The translations under genes and the position numbers were made by a program. Positions 1 to 13,954 of a stretch of 64,000 nucleotides of DNA are shown here, piece after piece. The stretch's first letter is position 1. Each line of letters starts with the position of its first letter. The DNA lies in assembly GCA_028023455.1 (NCBI GenBank), contig JAQFVV010000004.1, positions 10,230,001 to 10,294,000 of the forward strand. The letters run 5' to 3'. Below the pieces are notes generated by a model. That model saw only the letters and a list, made by a program, of their open reading frames with translations, was not told where the DNA came from and ran no database searches. The DNA comes from Epiperipatus broadwayi (taxonomy: Eukaryota > Animalia > Onychophora).

Positions 1-1899
1 GCTGTGAATTGATTTAAAAGTCTGTATATAAAACACAATATTTTTATGTATAGTTTTGTCAACATCTAATTTTTTTTTCATTTTTGCAAACTATTTTGTA
101 ATATATATGAGGTGGCTCTAATATGTTAATGCCAGGATTGATTTGCCATTCTATTTTAATTACAACAGGAACACAGTTTGTAAAGTTTGATCCAGTGCCC
201 ATCAAATGTATTGCCTAGACAATATATGACTTTGATTCAGATATATTTTTTATTGGAAGGCGTATTTTGTGTGAGTGGTAAACTGTCCAGTATGTTTTCC
301 TTGAGCTATTACATTTGTGTAGTTCTCGGATTTGTTAGTGGTAAGTTTAATTCTTTTGTGCAATTAATCTACAGGTATTAAAACTTTTGATAGCATCAAT
401 CAGTTCATTTAGTTATTCTGTTTCTCTATGTGATTATGTTTACAAGTGCAATTTATGTTTGTATCAGGTCCATTTTCTAGTCTGAGTTTTGAATATTGTT
501 ATATTTAATTCTGAGAAAAGATGTTCAATTGTCCAATCTGGGGACTATATCCTAATGGTTTAATCTTTTGTGACCATGTCTATTCTAAAATTGATTTTAA
601 GATGAATAGCAGCATGGGGTGATCTGAATAAAGAAGTTTTTGAGTAATAGGCTGATCATATTAGGCAATACATACATTATTTAAAGAAGAGTTGCTGTGA
701 TCATTGAAAAAGGTCTAGAGTTTATGGAAAAACTCTTCTCCAGACATGAAATGGAAAGCCTCCAGATATGACCATTTTGTTATATAGTTTTTGTATGTCA
801 TGTTGAAATCTTTTATTAAAATTATAGAATGCATTAACTATACAAATTTAAAGTTTAAAGTATGTATTAGTTTATTATTATACTATCTGGAGAAATGAAC
901 ATGTATGCAATGTTCAATGTTATTATTTTGTAGTCTAGCATAACAATTAACATGTAGGCATCAATATTATTATATGAAATGAGATAAATGAACAGATTTT
1001 GTTTATCATATCTACTGTTCCAGAAGAAGTTCAGGTGCTGCTTTCAAGAATAATGAACATCTTTGATTATCATAAAATTTTGATGAATCTCTTATCTTAA
1101 TTTCCAACAATCCAATTATGAGTGGCTGAATAATATAAATCTGATTTCTAACTTGATGAAGTTTTCTACATAGTTATGTCAATTGACATTAATAGATCCT
1201 ATTTTTATTAACATTATATCCAATTTGGTGTATGGATGTAAATAATGCAGAAAAAAAAATTTTTTAGTAAAATGATTTGTCCGATTTAAGGATATTAGGT
1301 CCTCATGCAATAACTCTAGAATTTACGATAAGCCATTGGATATGATTCATTTCTTTCAGAAAAGTTGACTAGATCCTCATTAGAAGTATCACTTGCAGCA
1401 GAATTTGGAAATTTTATAGAAGAATTTTTAACTATTTAAAATAGACTACAATATGTTGTGCGACCTCTTCATTTAATCCTGGGGAATGCAAATCACTTTT
1501 TCTCTATTTCTTGTGCAGTGGATCATATGGTTTGGATTTTATAGTCAGCATATTTATTTCCATGTCTCTGTATCGTTCACCAGTGCCTTGTGAGCACTTC
1601 TTCATTATAACTTATTGTGGGAAAATTTGCTTACTTATTTCATTTGTGAATTTTTGTGGTAGAAAAGTGTTTTAAACAAATAGTTTATTGTCTTTGAATA
1701 AAACCATCACCTAAAAAATTCTGTGTGATATTATCTCAATCATCAATTTTAAAATCAGTTATGCAGTTGATTGACTTTTTTTCTGATAAATTGTGCATAG
1801 GATAATTTGTAACATTGTTTCTATACTGATGTCTTTACGTGGATCACTTTTAATTGTATTATTATTTAATATTTGGAATGCATTTACAATGTGACCTTG

Positions 1900-2850
1900 T
1901 GCTTCCATTGCAAACACTATGGTATGATTCTGTCTATTATTAAAAGAATGAAGTTTTGGACTGCTATTAACATAATGATGTCATTTAGAATAATGTATTG
2001 GTTAAAATTCAGTTGAACATGATAATTATAACTGAAGACTGATACAGATATATCTTTTAAATATATATGTTTAAAAATTGCCATTGATTCAAACACTCTA
2101 TTAGTTTTTAATATTATTAATGTCACAACTTAAATAAATGTTTTTATAATGCTTGTTTTATAATTTCCCTTTATTCTGTTGTATCCTAATTGATGCTTAG
2201 TTACCAGCATGTAAATTGTTTCTCAAATCTATTTTGTGGTCCTTCATTCAAAAATTGCTAAAAATATACATGAAATTTTGGTGAATGGCAATCAGTAATA
2301 CATGGTCCCATGGGTTGTTTATGTTAATCACTTCATGCAGTAATTTTTCAGAAATTTGTAGACTAATCAAGTGATTGGTATACACATTTCACTGAAAAAT
2401 AAATTTAGGTGTTGCTATATTGAAAGCCTCTGAAATTCTTCTTAACATTTTGCTCTATCTAGGATTTTATGATGTAACCATTATTATGTTTACCTTAATA
2501 ACATCTATTGCCAATCTATGGAATATTGCTATCTAATATATATTTCTACTGAAATAGTTATTAAGTTATTATTATGCTTTCTTCCAATGTTTTGCAACAA
2601 TAATGCTGATGCCCTCATTGTTTCAGTATATGAATAAAATGTAAATTAGCCAGAGCAGTTTACTGCAGCTGACATATTTTCTATAGTTTATGTTTGAGGT
2701 CATATTAAGCTAAGATGAGTTTTCAAATATTAATTTTTTGTTTTGCAATGCTTAACAACAATTCTGTTTGCTGCCTTATATAATCAGTATGACAATGGTG
2801 GAAAAAATGAAAACAACAAGTCTTCTCAAATTCATGCATGTATGCTATTG
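1900..2850 (-). mobile_element. Highly decayed Ty3/gypsy pol remnant (RNase H to integrase)
   Basis: ORF 1917-2126 reads LKTNRVFES..FK...LKDIS..FSYNYHVQLN, resembling integrase SDNG..F.S..F....I...S.YHPQ.N. Weak YD..I.Y and ..TD motifs at 2650-2800. Many stops and frameshifts. Confidence 0.4.
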
Positions 2851-3010
2851 TTTAAATTAGCAATAATTTTAATTATATTAGCATTACTTTTAATTAAATA
2901 AACATTAATTTTTTCAACCAAATTAGCATTAATTTAATATTAATCAAATTAACATTAATTTAATCATTTCTCTGGACCCTACAATTATAGTAGTAATTGA
3001 CTTTAACTCA

Positions 3011-3600
3011 CTAAAAACTCGACCATCCAACTTCTCCTTGAATTGCTTCCTTTGCTGTCCATACATCTGTTTCTAATGCAGATCTTCCTACTTCCCTCTG
3101 TACTTTTTCTAAGTAATCTAATACCCCTTTATTAACACATAATGCATCATTGCCATATGTTAATCCTGTTACTGCCACTCCCTTCCATACAATTCTAGCT
3201 ACACCATATTTATTATATAAAAACACTGTTAATTTCTTTACCAATCCCTTTCTTTTCTTTGCTTCATTTATCAATTTTTTCTCCCATTCATCAAGCAATA
3301 TTTCTGATTACTTAAGATGATTCCCAAATAACTATATCTATTCATCACACTTAACTTTATATCCCCCAATAATAAAATTCTTTGTCTTCTCTTTCTCCAC
3401 TATTAACCATCATTATATTTGATTTTTCTTCACTAAATTTAATCCCCATCTTTTTACCCATCCTTGTACATGTTCTCAGCATAACTTCCATATCTTCTCT
3501 TCTTTCTTCACACAAAAAGACATCATTGGCAAAAAAGACCACACAAAATATAAACTCCCTTGCCACTTATTAATGGCATGTCTATCTTTCTTCCTAATCT
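3011..3600 (-). mobile_element. 5'-truncated non-LTR retrotransposon fragment (RT C-terminal half)
   Basis: ORF 3357-3566 FFANDVFL..EDMEVML..C....GIKFSEEKS (decayed YADD region). ORF 3011-3298 GLTYGN...LEKVQREVGRSAL....KEAIQGEVGWSSF, a typical LINE RT thumb region. Confidence 0.75.
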
Positions 3601-3989
3601 TTCTATTGCTCTCTCCATTTCACTCAAGTACAACAAAAACAGGTAAAAATATACATTTTCTTGAGAGAAATCAGTTCTTCAAAAAGTAAGGTCAGTATAA
3701 TAGAGTGTGATTATTTATATTGGAGTTATTGTTGTCATGTGCCCACACACTGTTTGTATCCAATGTGTATGGCTGCTGAGTATTTCCAGTAACCCACAAG
3801 TCTACTATGCATTGTCTCTGAAGTTTGGAAGTCTGTAAAAATAAGATTGATTGGATGATTTGATAGCTCAACTAGGCAAATGGATGGATGAAAATTCTGA
3901 CCAATGAATACATTGACAGAAATGTAGTTAGATGAAATGATTGATGGATGAATAAACAGTAAGTAGACAGATAGATGAATAGATAAATA

Positions 3990-4340
3990 GCTCACAAGCA
4001 TCTCATAAAGTTATAATACAGATTTTGGGCAAAGTATTTCTAGACTAGGCTTTGTGTACTCTATGGCTGAATACCATTCACCAGTATGGTGGAAAAGTAC
4101 CATACTAATCTTGAGGATACTTAAATCAATGAAATGTTGTGTATTATTTCTGGAATCTTTAAATCAACACCAATAAAATGGCTACTTGAACTCTCAAATA
4201 TCCCTCCAGCTATCTTCAAACATAGTTTGACAACTATCAAATAATTCAGCCAATCTTCATTATGAACAGATCCTCAAACTTCAGGAAAAATCCAAGCACA
4301 CCATAACTCAATCTAGTGTCCCTGTACATAATGTTTGGAA
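3990..4340 (+). mobile_element. Decayed non-LTR retrotransposon fragment
   Basis: Frameshifted translation VYSMAEYHSPVW..S / HT.L.D..INE.LCIISGIFKSTPIKWL..LSNIPP matches the LINE motif YS.AEY.SPVW...H......N...R.ISG....TP..WL..L.NI.PP. Confidence 0.65.
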
Positions 4341-4694
4341 ATCACTAATTAACTTTGTTCTTACAAAAAGGGAAGAATGAGGGGGAATCTCATATATAAT
4401 TATATGAAAAATCATAATAGCTCAGATGATTAGAGCATTATCTTAAAATGCAATAATCAAGAATCTATAGATTTAGGTTTAATTCCCATGCTAGTACTGT
4501 CACTAGTCATATTAAGGTCACTTGAAGAGAGAAAAATAATACCACTCACAACATTGTCTATATATTAACTTGTGTGGGCTTTTACTAACAGTTGAATGTT
4601 ATCGGAAAATGTAAATAAAGTTTAAAATTTTTCTAAAGACATTCAATATTTAATATTAGATGATGGCAATAGTCCATCATATAAATACAAATGT

Positions 4695-7600
4695 CATCAT
4701 CATCAACCATTATTAATCCACTGCAGGATGAAGGTCTCTCCAAGTTGAATCCATCTTCTCCGACCTTTAGCTTCTCTTCTCCACATCACTCCTGCACACT
4801 TTTTTATTTCATCCATTCATCTCACATGTGGTCTCTTTCTGGGTCTTTTACAATCTCTTGGAATCCAGTTTAAGATTTCAATTGTCCATCTATTATCATC
4901 TCTCCTAGCATTATGTCTAGCCCAACTCCACTTCAGTCTTTTAATTTTTTCAATGAGGTCAGTAACACTTGTTTGTTCTCTTACCCATATATTGCATTTT
5001 CATTCTCTTCTTATTACTCCCAACATGCATCTTTTCATACTTCTTTGAGTGATCTAAATTCTCTGTATTGCTCTTCCATTAAGTGTCCAAGTCTCAGATC
5101 CATAAGTAAGAACTGATAAAACGCATAGCGGTATTTCCTTTTAGTATCAAGTTATTTCTACCAAAAGCACTCCAACCAAGTTTAATTCTATGATTAATTT
5201 CATCCATTATGTTTCCATCTGTATTAATAATCTGACCAAGGTATTTACAGCTGTTAACTTCTTCTAACTCATCATAATCCATCTTTATTTTTATATTTCG
5301 AGAAAATCCATTAAACATTACTTTAGTCTTTTTAACATTTATCTTTAGTCCTACTTTTTTACTTTCATCTGATAACTCCCGAGACATTTCCTGCAGCTCT
5401 AAAGCATTATTTGCAAAAACAATTACATCGTCTGCAAAGTCTAAATGACTATAAATAGTCACCATTTACTTTCCTCCTTTAGCTTCTCATTTCAATCCAC
5501 AAAATACTTCTTGCAGCACTGCTGTAAAAAGCTTTGAAGATATGGAATCACCCTGTCTTACACCCTTCTCAATGTTGAATTTCTTAGTATCATTATGTAA
5601 TCTAATTGTTGCTGTTGCATTTTGATAAATATTCTTTAAAATATGACAATATCCTGGATCTATACCTTGATAATCCAATGCATTAATCACTGAAGCAATG
5701 TTTATAGAATCAAATAGCTTTTCATAATCTACAAATCCAAAGCATAATGGCAACTAATTTTCATTTGTTCTTTCTATAACTTCTTTCAATATCTGGATAT
5801 GATCTAATGTACTAAAACCACTTTTAAATCCAGCTTGTTCTCTTGGTTGGTGGAAATCCAATATTTTCTGTGAATGAGTTGTAATTACCTTGATAAAATT
5901 TTTGTATAAAACTGATAAAAGGCTGATAGATTTGTAATTTCTAACATCTTCTTTATCACCTTTTTTAAATATTAATATTAATACTGCATTCTTCCAATCA
6001 TCTGGTACATCTTTATCATTTAGACATTTGATATATAACTTAGCTAAAAAAAATTCTATTTCTTCACCTGCTTCTTTTAATATATCAATTATAATTCCAT
6101 CATTACCTGGAGCCTTTCCTTTCTTCACACATTTAATTGTAAGTCTGACTTCTTCATTTAAAATTCTGGGCAATTCGGTGGATGTAATAGATATAGGAGA
6201 TACTTGTTCTTTATTACTATATAATTCTTGATAACCATTTCATGATGTCATTTCTCTTTTTAGTAATAACTCCATCTTTTTTTCTTACTGCAGATATAAA
6301 TTTCCTACCAATACCAAAATGTTGTTTTACACTCTTGAGACTTTTATTCTCTTCTATAGCTTTCTTTGCTAGTTCAGTTATACTTTCTTATATCATATTC
6401 AACTCTTTTCTGCACCATTTTATAAAATTTGTGATATTCAATCCTTTTTAATGCATCATTTTTGTATATCTTCATTTTCCTTCTTTTCTTCATAAATTCT
6501 CTAGTCTCAGTAGAAATTTTATTGGTCAATTGCTGATTTTTTCTACCAGCTATCTTTGTTGCAGTTTTTAAAAGTGTATCAGTTATTTTCATATTAATTT
6601 CATTCAAATCTGAATCATGTTCAAAATCTACTAATACTTGAAACCGATTTGTAAGTTCTAATTTAAATTCATTAGAATATTTCTGAAGATTGGGAATATC
6701 AACTGTAAATATTGTTTTTCTTAATAATTTTTGTCTCTCTAGTTTTGCATTAACACATATCTTACATCTTACTAATTGATGATCACTTCCTGTGTTAAAT
6801 TTATTAAGAACATTACAATTTTGAAATGTGTATTTTCTGTTAGTCAAAATATAATCCAATTCTGCTGTACCTTCATTTGGATGCTTCCAAGTCCATTTCC
6901 TTTTAACATTTTTCTCAACAGAAAAAATTCATAATATAAAGTTTTTTTTTCTGCAAACTCCACAAGTCTATGCCCTCTCTCATTTCTATTATCATAACCA
7001 AAATTACCTACAACACTTTCATCTTTCATTTTCTAGCATTAAAGTCTCCCATAACAATTTTAAAATGTTGTTTACTCTGATCAAAATCCTTTTGTACATC
7101 CATATAAAAATCTTCTACTACTTCATCACTATGAGAACTTGGTGGGGCATAAACCTGAATTATCTGCATTTGGTATCTGCTATTAAGTTGTATAACTAAT
7201 CTTGCCACTCTGTCCGATACACCACCAATCTCTACGATGTTTGTCTTCCACTTTTTATTTATAATGAATCCTACTCCACTTGTATTTCCAATATTTGTAC
7301 CTTTGTAATAGAGTACATTTCCACTTTTTAAATCAATTATCTCTTCACCTTTTCTTCTAATTTCACAAAATCCAGTAATGTCCCATTTAATATAAGACAG
7401 TTCTTCTTCTAATTCTTGCAATCTTTCTTCACTTGAAAGTGATCTGCAGTTGTAAGTACCTAAATAAAACGTCATCATCAAATGGCAGCATGGGTCTGCA
7501 GTCAGGGGATTTTTAGCACCCTCTGCCTTCAGCCATCAACAGTTTCCTTGGTTGGTGACTTTACAACCTTCTTGGAATAAGGGCCATGATTTATTTTTTC

Positions 7601-7930
7601 TGTCATAATTGTATATATTTTGGAAAAATATATATCATTTACACAAACATTCATTCTGTGTTATCGGGCAACTGAGAAGAAAGGCCATGGTGTTTCTTGA
7701 TCTTAAACTCAGAAGTAAAAAGCCAATAAACTCACCACGCTGACTAATGCAGGTTGGTGAGCAGCCCATCCATGTTTGTATATTATATGAATAATCACAT
7801 AGTAATAACAACTGCAATGACAAGAACATATGGTGTGGACATTAGAAATTTGCCCTGCTTGGTTCTGTTAAGATCTCCAAGAGGAAAGAAAGGGGCTCCT
7901 TTCAGTTAATAGAAAACTCCTTCCTGCAGC
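4695..7930 (-). mobile_element. Full-length (3.2 kb) RTE-clade LINE, inactivated by frameshifts
   Basis: APE domain (GTYNCRSL, EIRR, QVYAP, MGDFNA; 7026-7481; SDH at ~6785). RT motifs QAGFKSGFSTLDHI, FVDYEKLFDS, KGVRQGD, LDFADD (5094-6173). (GAT)n 3' tail at 4695-4704. 12-bp TSD AAATACAAATGT at 4683-4694 and 7931-7942. Confidence 0.92.
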
Positions 7931-8075
7931 AAATACAAATGTATATTTTAGTAATTTGTATATTTTTCCTTTCCTACATTCTCATCCATAGAAGTGCATG
8001 GATAACATAATAGCAAGGATAAATCTGATCCTTAATCTTAAATGTATATTTTTGTATATAAAATTTTTTTTCCAG

Positions 8076-8148
8076 ATTTTTCATTGAACGATACACCTAA
8101 TGTTGATGAGAATGTAACTATTAGATTCTTTATCACCCTGTATAATAG
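8076..8148 (+). other. Possible isolated coding exon of an unidentified gene
   Basis: Strong acceptor tttttttttccag, open 73-nt frame (D)FSLNDTPNVDENVTIRFFITLYNR, weak donor AG|gtacac. No partner exon found. Confidence 0.2.
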
Positions 8149-11100
8149 GTACACTATCAAGCTCAAAATCAGTTTCTGGCTCTGTTAACACAATTATTAT
8201 CTTACCCTTCCCCATTTTCTGTAATTTGTTGATTGACATTTTCAGAAAAAATACCTATGGGCAGAAATATTATTTGAATCTCTTAATTAAAAATATAACT
8301 TTTGTTTTCTGAATTTGTTCATATTTTGAATATCTTTTGATGGTAACTATCATTTATTTTTCATACTATTTTTATACATAATCAGTATATTATTTAGCTT
8401 ATATCTAGGACATTGAACAAACTACTTTTTTTTTTCAAATCCACTTAACACATTATGTATCAATTATGATCTGCTCTGTAATTTCCTTGAGGCCATTTGA
8501 GATTAAAATTTTCCATAAATAGATATTACAAATATAATTAATTTGATTATTTTAAATTTCGACAATAGTACTTATATTTATAGTCAGTGTTTTAGCTAAT
8601 AAAAATGTAATAGCCCTAAAAATATTGTTGGATTCAAGAAAATGTACGATTTTTTTTTCATCTTTATATTAATCACTAGCAATGCTTTTCATTCCATTTC
8701 CAAGTTTATCATTATATTTTCTGATCATTAAAAATATATCTTATCTGGAAAATGAATTAATAATATAGCAACTGCATGTTCATGAAATTGAATTGATACT
8801 GATTACACAAGATCATTTTTGATAGCAGTTCTTGATATATTCTGCCTGACAAAAAAAACCCACATTATTTTTTGTTCGTTAATTCCTAAGATCTTGACTC
8901 TAGTTTCAGCCTACAATTACTTTTCTGAGTTTTAATATGCCAAAGTATAAATAACATAGTCATTCTGACTGCATCAAAATATATTTGGTCTTTAGTTTAC
9001 ACATTATATTTGTTTGTCATTGTTCAAAAGAAACCTAAAAGTAGATCAAAATAGGAATTAGGTTGTTGTCTTTGCCACAAGTAATCCATTTAATCGTGCT
9101 TCCCTTGGTCTAGCAGCTGATGACAGCTTTTATCTCTGCATATACTAGGATCGAACTACTGGAACCATCTTCATAAATCATCATTGTCTGCAAGAAATGG
9201 CTCTTGTGTAAACTCAGATCTTCATCGCGAAGGAACCAGCCCGGAGAAAGGAAGGAAAGTATAAATTATTAATGATAAAAATGAACTATAAACTCTCTTT
9301 AATTTAAAATCTCCAAACTTTATTCTTCTTTAAATATGAATTATAGACTTTCTCCCATAATCAAATCTGAACTTTATTTTCATAAACTTAGCAATGTTAA
9401 AAGTCTTATCTAAAAGTTAAACATAATCTTTTTAAAATATGTATTATATATTTTTTATGCTTAGTATAAGGCCTGTTGGTAATAGGACGAGAGTTTGTGA
9501 TTGCAAACAAATTTAAAGATGAAATCGAACACATATTATTATTTGTGCATTATTGGATTTTAAAAATAGGTCAAATGCATTATTTGATTTTAAAATAAGT
9601 TCAACACCTTAAACTAATATTTTTTTTTAAGAATAAACGAAATTATTAAGTTGTCTTAAATTTAAGTTGGGTGTAAATGGCTGCTTAGATTAGTTTAAGA
9701 GGGTTTTGATTTGGACTGTTTCATAGTTGAGTCGATGATGGTGGAGGGATATATGGATGTTTATATTAATGTAATGTGAAGTGTGCTATAATACAGGGCA
9801 CCATGCCCAAATGAATACATGGCCCCAGAGGTGTAACCATAGCATTGGAAAAGACATGGAGTACTTCCCATGACATTGATCACCTTTAGCTTTATGGATA
9901 GGGACTCTAAGACAGCAAGGATCGCTCTCCCTCCATACAAAGAATTTATTTTTTAATGTATTATATATATGATTCTTTCCCCAGACAGATGCACATTCCT
10001 GTACTGGATGAAGATCATTTCTTTTAAATAATATCATGCTGCAGACACACATTCCTGTCAGCATGGTTTTATGCTAACATCTTCATATTGCATTGGTTGT
10101 GTATGTATATCAGGAAGCTAGTGTTGGTTTAGCTGTGAACTTTTAGCCTGGAATCAAATGTTTTGAAAATCTTTTAAGTGTGTAGTCTAGGTAGCCTAAC
10201 TATGCTCCACATTATAAGATTAAAAATTAAAATTAAAAAAACAGAAAACAATGAAACCCAAAGCAAGGTTAAATAATTTATTTTCCAAATTAATGTTATA
10301 TATATGTAAATAAAATCTTTTTGTGTTATTATTATTGGCAGTGGTTTAGTTTATTTTTATCTTTTTCTTTATTAAAAATATATTTTAAGAATTTAGATTT
10401 TTAAATCTCTGCTTCTCGTACATTACAAATTTTCTAGGTTCAAATAGCCTAGTGGCACCCTATGCGGCAGATAGTGAAAGAGTCTATAGTGAAAGAATCT
10501 AATTTGACCGACCATTATAACATAAAATGCTACAATACACAATTTGTTATATTTGCAACATTTCTAGTTTTATTATTGACTATTTAGAAATGCATCTTTT
10601 ATTCAGGTTTATATTATGCAGTATTAATGCTGTGTTCTTTCTATTGAAATTTTATGATAAAATTTTTTAAAAAAATTATTAAATATGAAGCCATAAGACA
10701 AATTATTGCTGAATACTGATGTGGTAATATTTTTATTATATTAAATTGATATACATATATCAAATAAAAATTATTTTCAAAAATTCAGCTATGATAATTC
10801 TAATTGTGGTTAAGAGATGACTTAATTGTCTGTTCAGTGATGTAATGTACTGTGACTTCTTCTTACACAAAGTCAGGAATCTCTCAGCAACTATGCTCAA
10901 AGAAACCTATTAGCCACATTACCTTCTTTTTCCATTTCCCACCCTAAGCTTTCCCATAATCTGCTTCATCTCATTTCCACAACATAATCTTTGTCAACTT
11001 TATGGCCTTTATATCTAAACTAAATCTCCCTTATCTTTTCCCAAACCCAGCATAAAAACCAATAACCCACTTTCTGTTTAATCACTTTGTTCATATTTCT

Positions 11101-11908
11101 TCTTCCATAACTTCATTATTTGTACCCTTTCTGTTTTTAACCACTGCTAGAGTCCCCCCCCCCCCATCACAGGTTATTTCATAATTTTTAATGTTTACAC
11201 TTATATTATAGATTTTAAAAATGATTTAAATCATCGTTTGTTTAATTAAGTTTTTCCATTTTTTGAAAGACAAAAACTGCATCTATGAAATACCATGCCA
11301 TGGGGAAAGATATAAATGGGTAAAATCAGTCCTGTCATTCAAAAGTAATTAAAGGAGAACAAACTGATGTTTAGAAAAAAAGCAGATGTATCTAAACTAT
11401 CAAATAATGTAAATGCACACAATGAATGTACGTTCAATTTGGAAAAAGATTAAGACATTGGACAGGAAGAAAAAAGTACAAAGAAGAAAATTTAAAGAAG
11501 TTACTCATATGGCTTTGGCAAATAATTCCATAAGTTAATGTAGTGTGATAATTTGTAATTTTTAGAAACCACTGATCAATCTTGTCTTAAGAAAAAAGTG
11601 GAAAAATCAGGAGGACCTTCATAAACAAATGTATGTAATTTCTACCCACTATTGCCTTTGACAGAATAGCCTAGTTGGTTAAATCTTTCTCTTAAATTCA
11701 ATATTACAAGTATGAAGCCTTCTAGTTAGATTCCAATACTAGTGCTATCGCATATAACCTGGATACTATCATTATCCACTGAGTATATTTGAAAAAATTT
11801 AAGTAAAGTTTCAATTTTTAAAAAAAAATATGTTGAAATTAATGAATAGTGACGTCATCACAAACTTTCAATATTTATTTTTTGTTTTATTAAAATTGGC
11901 ATGATTTT

Positions 11909-12019
11909 TGTCTTGCGGTGTTAGCCGAGAGGTATCGCAGCTGCCATGCAAGCAAGTAGTTGGTTGCAGACGGTTGTGGGTTCGCGTCCCAGCCGATGCT
12001 ATGACACATGGAAAAAAAA
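11909..12019 (+). mobile_element. tRNA-derived SINE, full length
   Basis: A-box-like TTAGCCGAGAGG, B-box-like GGGTTCGCGTCCC, 3' GCCGATGCTATGACAC plus A-tail. 17-bp TSD AAAATTGGCATGATTTT at 11892-11908 and 12020-12036. Confidence 0.88.
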
Positions 12020-12950
12020 AAAATTGGCATGATTTTGTGGTTTGGGTATAAAAAGTCAATCTAGAAAGATGTTCTTATAAAACATATTTTTATGTATTAC
12101 ACGTAATACACAAGGCCCAGAATAGGTCAACGTTATTTTCTAATGGATTCAATAGTATTTTTCTCTTTGCATAATTAGAGTTTAAAATAAATCAGCATTA
12201 TTTCTGAACCTTAGATGTATTAATGATGGTCTGTTATAGTGTATATGCTGATATTTTTCATTATTATTACAAAAATATGAAAATATTTAAAAAAATCTTA
12301 ATAAATAGTATATGTTTGGTAAAATAGTTTTTTTTTTTGTAATTTAACATTACAATTTATTCACGTACGCACACATAGATTTATAATTAAATGGTACACT
12401 TTACAAAAATATACTATCAACTAAATTCCTGAGTTTAACTCTTTATCCTAAACTATTGACCAGTAAAAAATAACATACTGATCTTTTTTTTATTTTTTTA
12501 TAATTCTTTCTCATCAAATACGTAATTCTAGGATAATATTCAAATATAAAGCAACATAAGGCCTTTTTACATAATTGAAAGTCTTATTTAAATAAATTAT
12601 TCACATAATAAGTGATAAAAAAAAAATTAAACAAAAAGAAATATATATATACAAAAGAGTGGTAAGCAAGTTCTTTATTTTTTTATTTCACCTTTGTACT
12701 CATATATACATTCATAAAATAAAATAGAAAAAATCCGCTCCTGATAAAAAATAGATTCAGTGTTAATTACTATATTTTTAAAATGGGAAAAAAAGTTACT
12801 GGTTTTTATAATACAAATTTAAGTACGATGATGTTTTATCTTAAATAGAAGATAACTTAGGTCAAACATATGAATCCGAAAATTAAGTTAATAAATTAGT
12901 TTAAATGTAATAAATGAAACGTAAAAGCAAATCAATTTTTAAAGTATGAT

Positions 12951-13136
12951 TTATATTTCTGGAACATTTTCCATACTTTTATAATAATTATCTTTTAGCC
13001 AGTGTTTAAATCCCGAAACTTCAGCAAAAAATCCCATTCCTGATTTTTTACAGGAAGAGAAAATATCATAACTTGTTACACCAATTAAATACCATTTGCC
13101 ATCATCAAGACACTGCAGGGGTCCACCAGAATCACC
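12951..13136 (-). CDS. Terminal exon of a trypsin-fold (S1A) serine protease
   Basis: Acceptor ttttag| then GDSGGPLQCLDDGKWYLIGVTSYDIFSSCKKSGMGFFAEVSGFKHWLKDNYYKSMENVPEI-stop (186 nt). Phase-0 intron immediately before GDSGG, a common position in this family. Confidence 0.93.
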   Translation of the reverse strand, partial: GDSGGPLQCLDDGKWYLIGVTSYDIFSSCKKSGMGFFAEVSGFKHWLKDNYYKSMENVPEI

Positions 13137-13954
13137 CTAAAAATAAAATAAATATATATGATAAAACATTAATATAATCAATATTTTTTATTTAGTTTTT
13201 ACTTCATAAAATAGCCACTCTATTTTATCTACTAATTTTTTTCTAACAATCTCTATTTTCATGCGAATACACACACACACACACACACCCCTATTCAAAA
13301 TTTCAATATCAATAATTCAAAAAATATTACATAATAAAAAAAGAAAAAAAAAGAAAAACATTTTATATGCTTTATTTCTATAGTTCATAGTGTGTGTTCA
13401 TTATATGTACACACATATATATAAATTAAAGATTGCTTAATGCTAAATTAAACTCAAATATATTAAATGAATACAAACCAATACAATGATGTTTCAACAG
13501 CGCTATTCCTTTTACCTATATTGCTTGATTCAGATTTTGTGATTCCAAATGCAAGTAGCATTGTTAAAACATTGTACCATTGCTTTGATTCATTTTAATA
13601 TATATATATTGAAATAGTATTATTTGTCTAACATCCTGTTTCACCTATTATGTTCTATAGTAGTATTTATTCTAAATTTAAACCTCTCCAAGTCCACATA
13701 TATTAATGTATATTAAACGTATATTTATGTATATGTATGTATATTTATATGTGTTTGCATACATTTAGGTATATTAATGTCTGTACATGCATAGTTATAA
13801 TATGTAAACTCAATTATAAATTAAAATAATAAATTAAAAGTAAGTTGAGTAAACATAGTTTTACATATATATGTGAAGGAAGCTGCAATGCAATAAATTT
13901 TATAAACATTGCAAGTATTAATTCTTTAGCCATGTACACTGCTTGCTGGTGTTA

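Noticed and set aside
9117-9123. CTGATGA boxes here and at ~44282, ~45657 and ~49821 as hammerheads
   Set aside because: No helix II followed by GAAA at a suitable distance.
11909-12019. Functional tRNA gene
   Set aside because: No acceptor stem or cloverleaf. The A-tail and TSD identify a SINE.
13516-13590. Signal-peptide-like exon MLLAFGITKSESSNI|gtaaaag
   Set aside because: The phase-1 donor joined to the phase-0 GDSGG exon gives an immediate TGA, and a first exon cannot sit inside the last intron.
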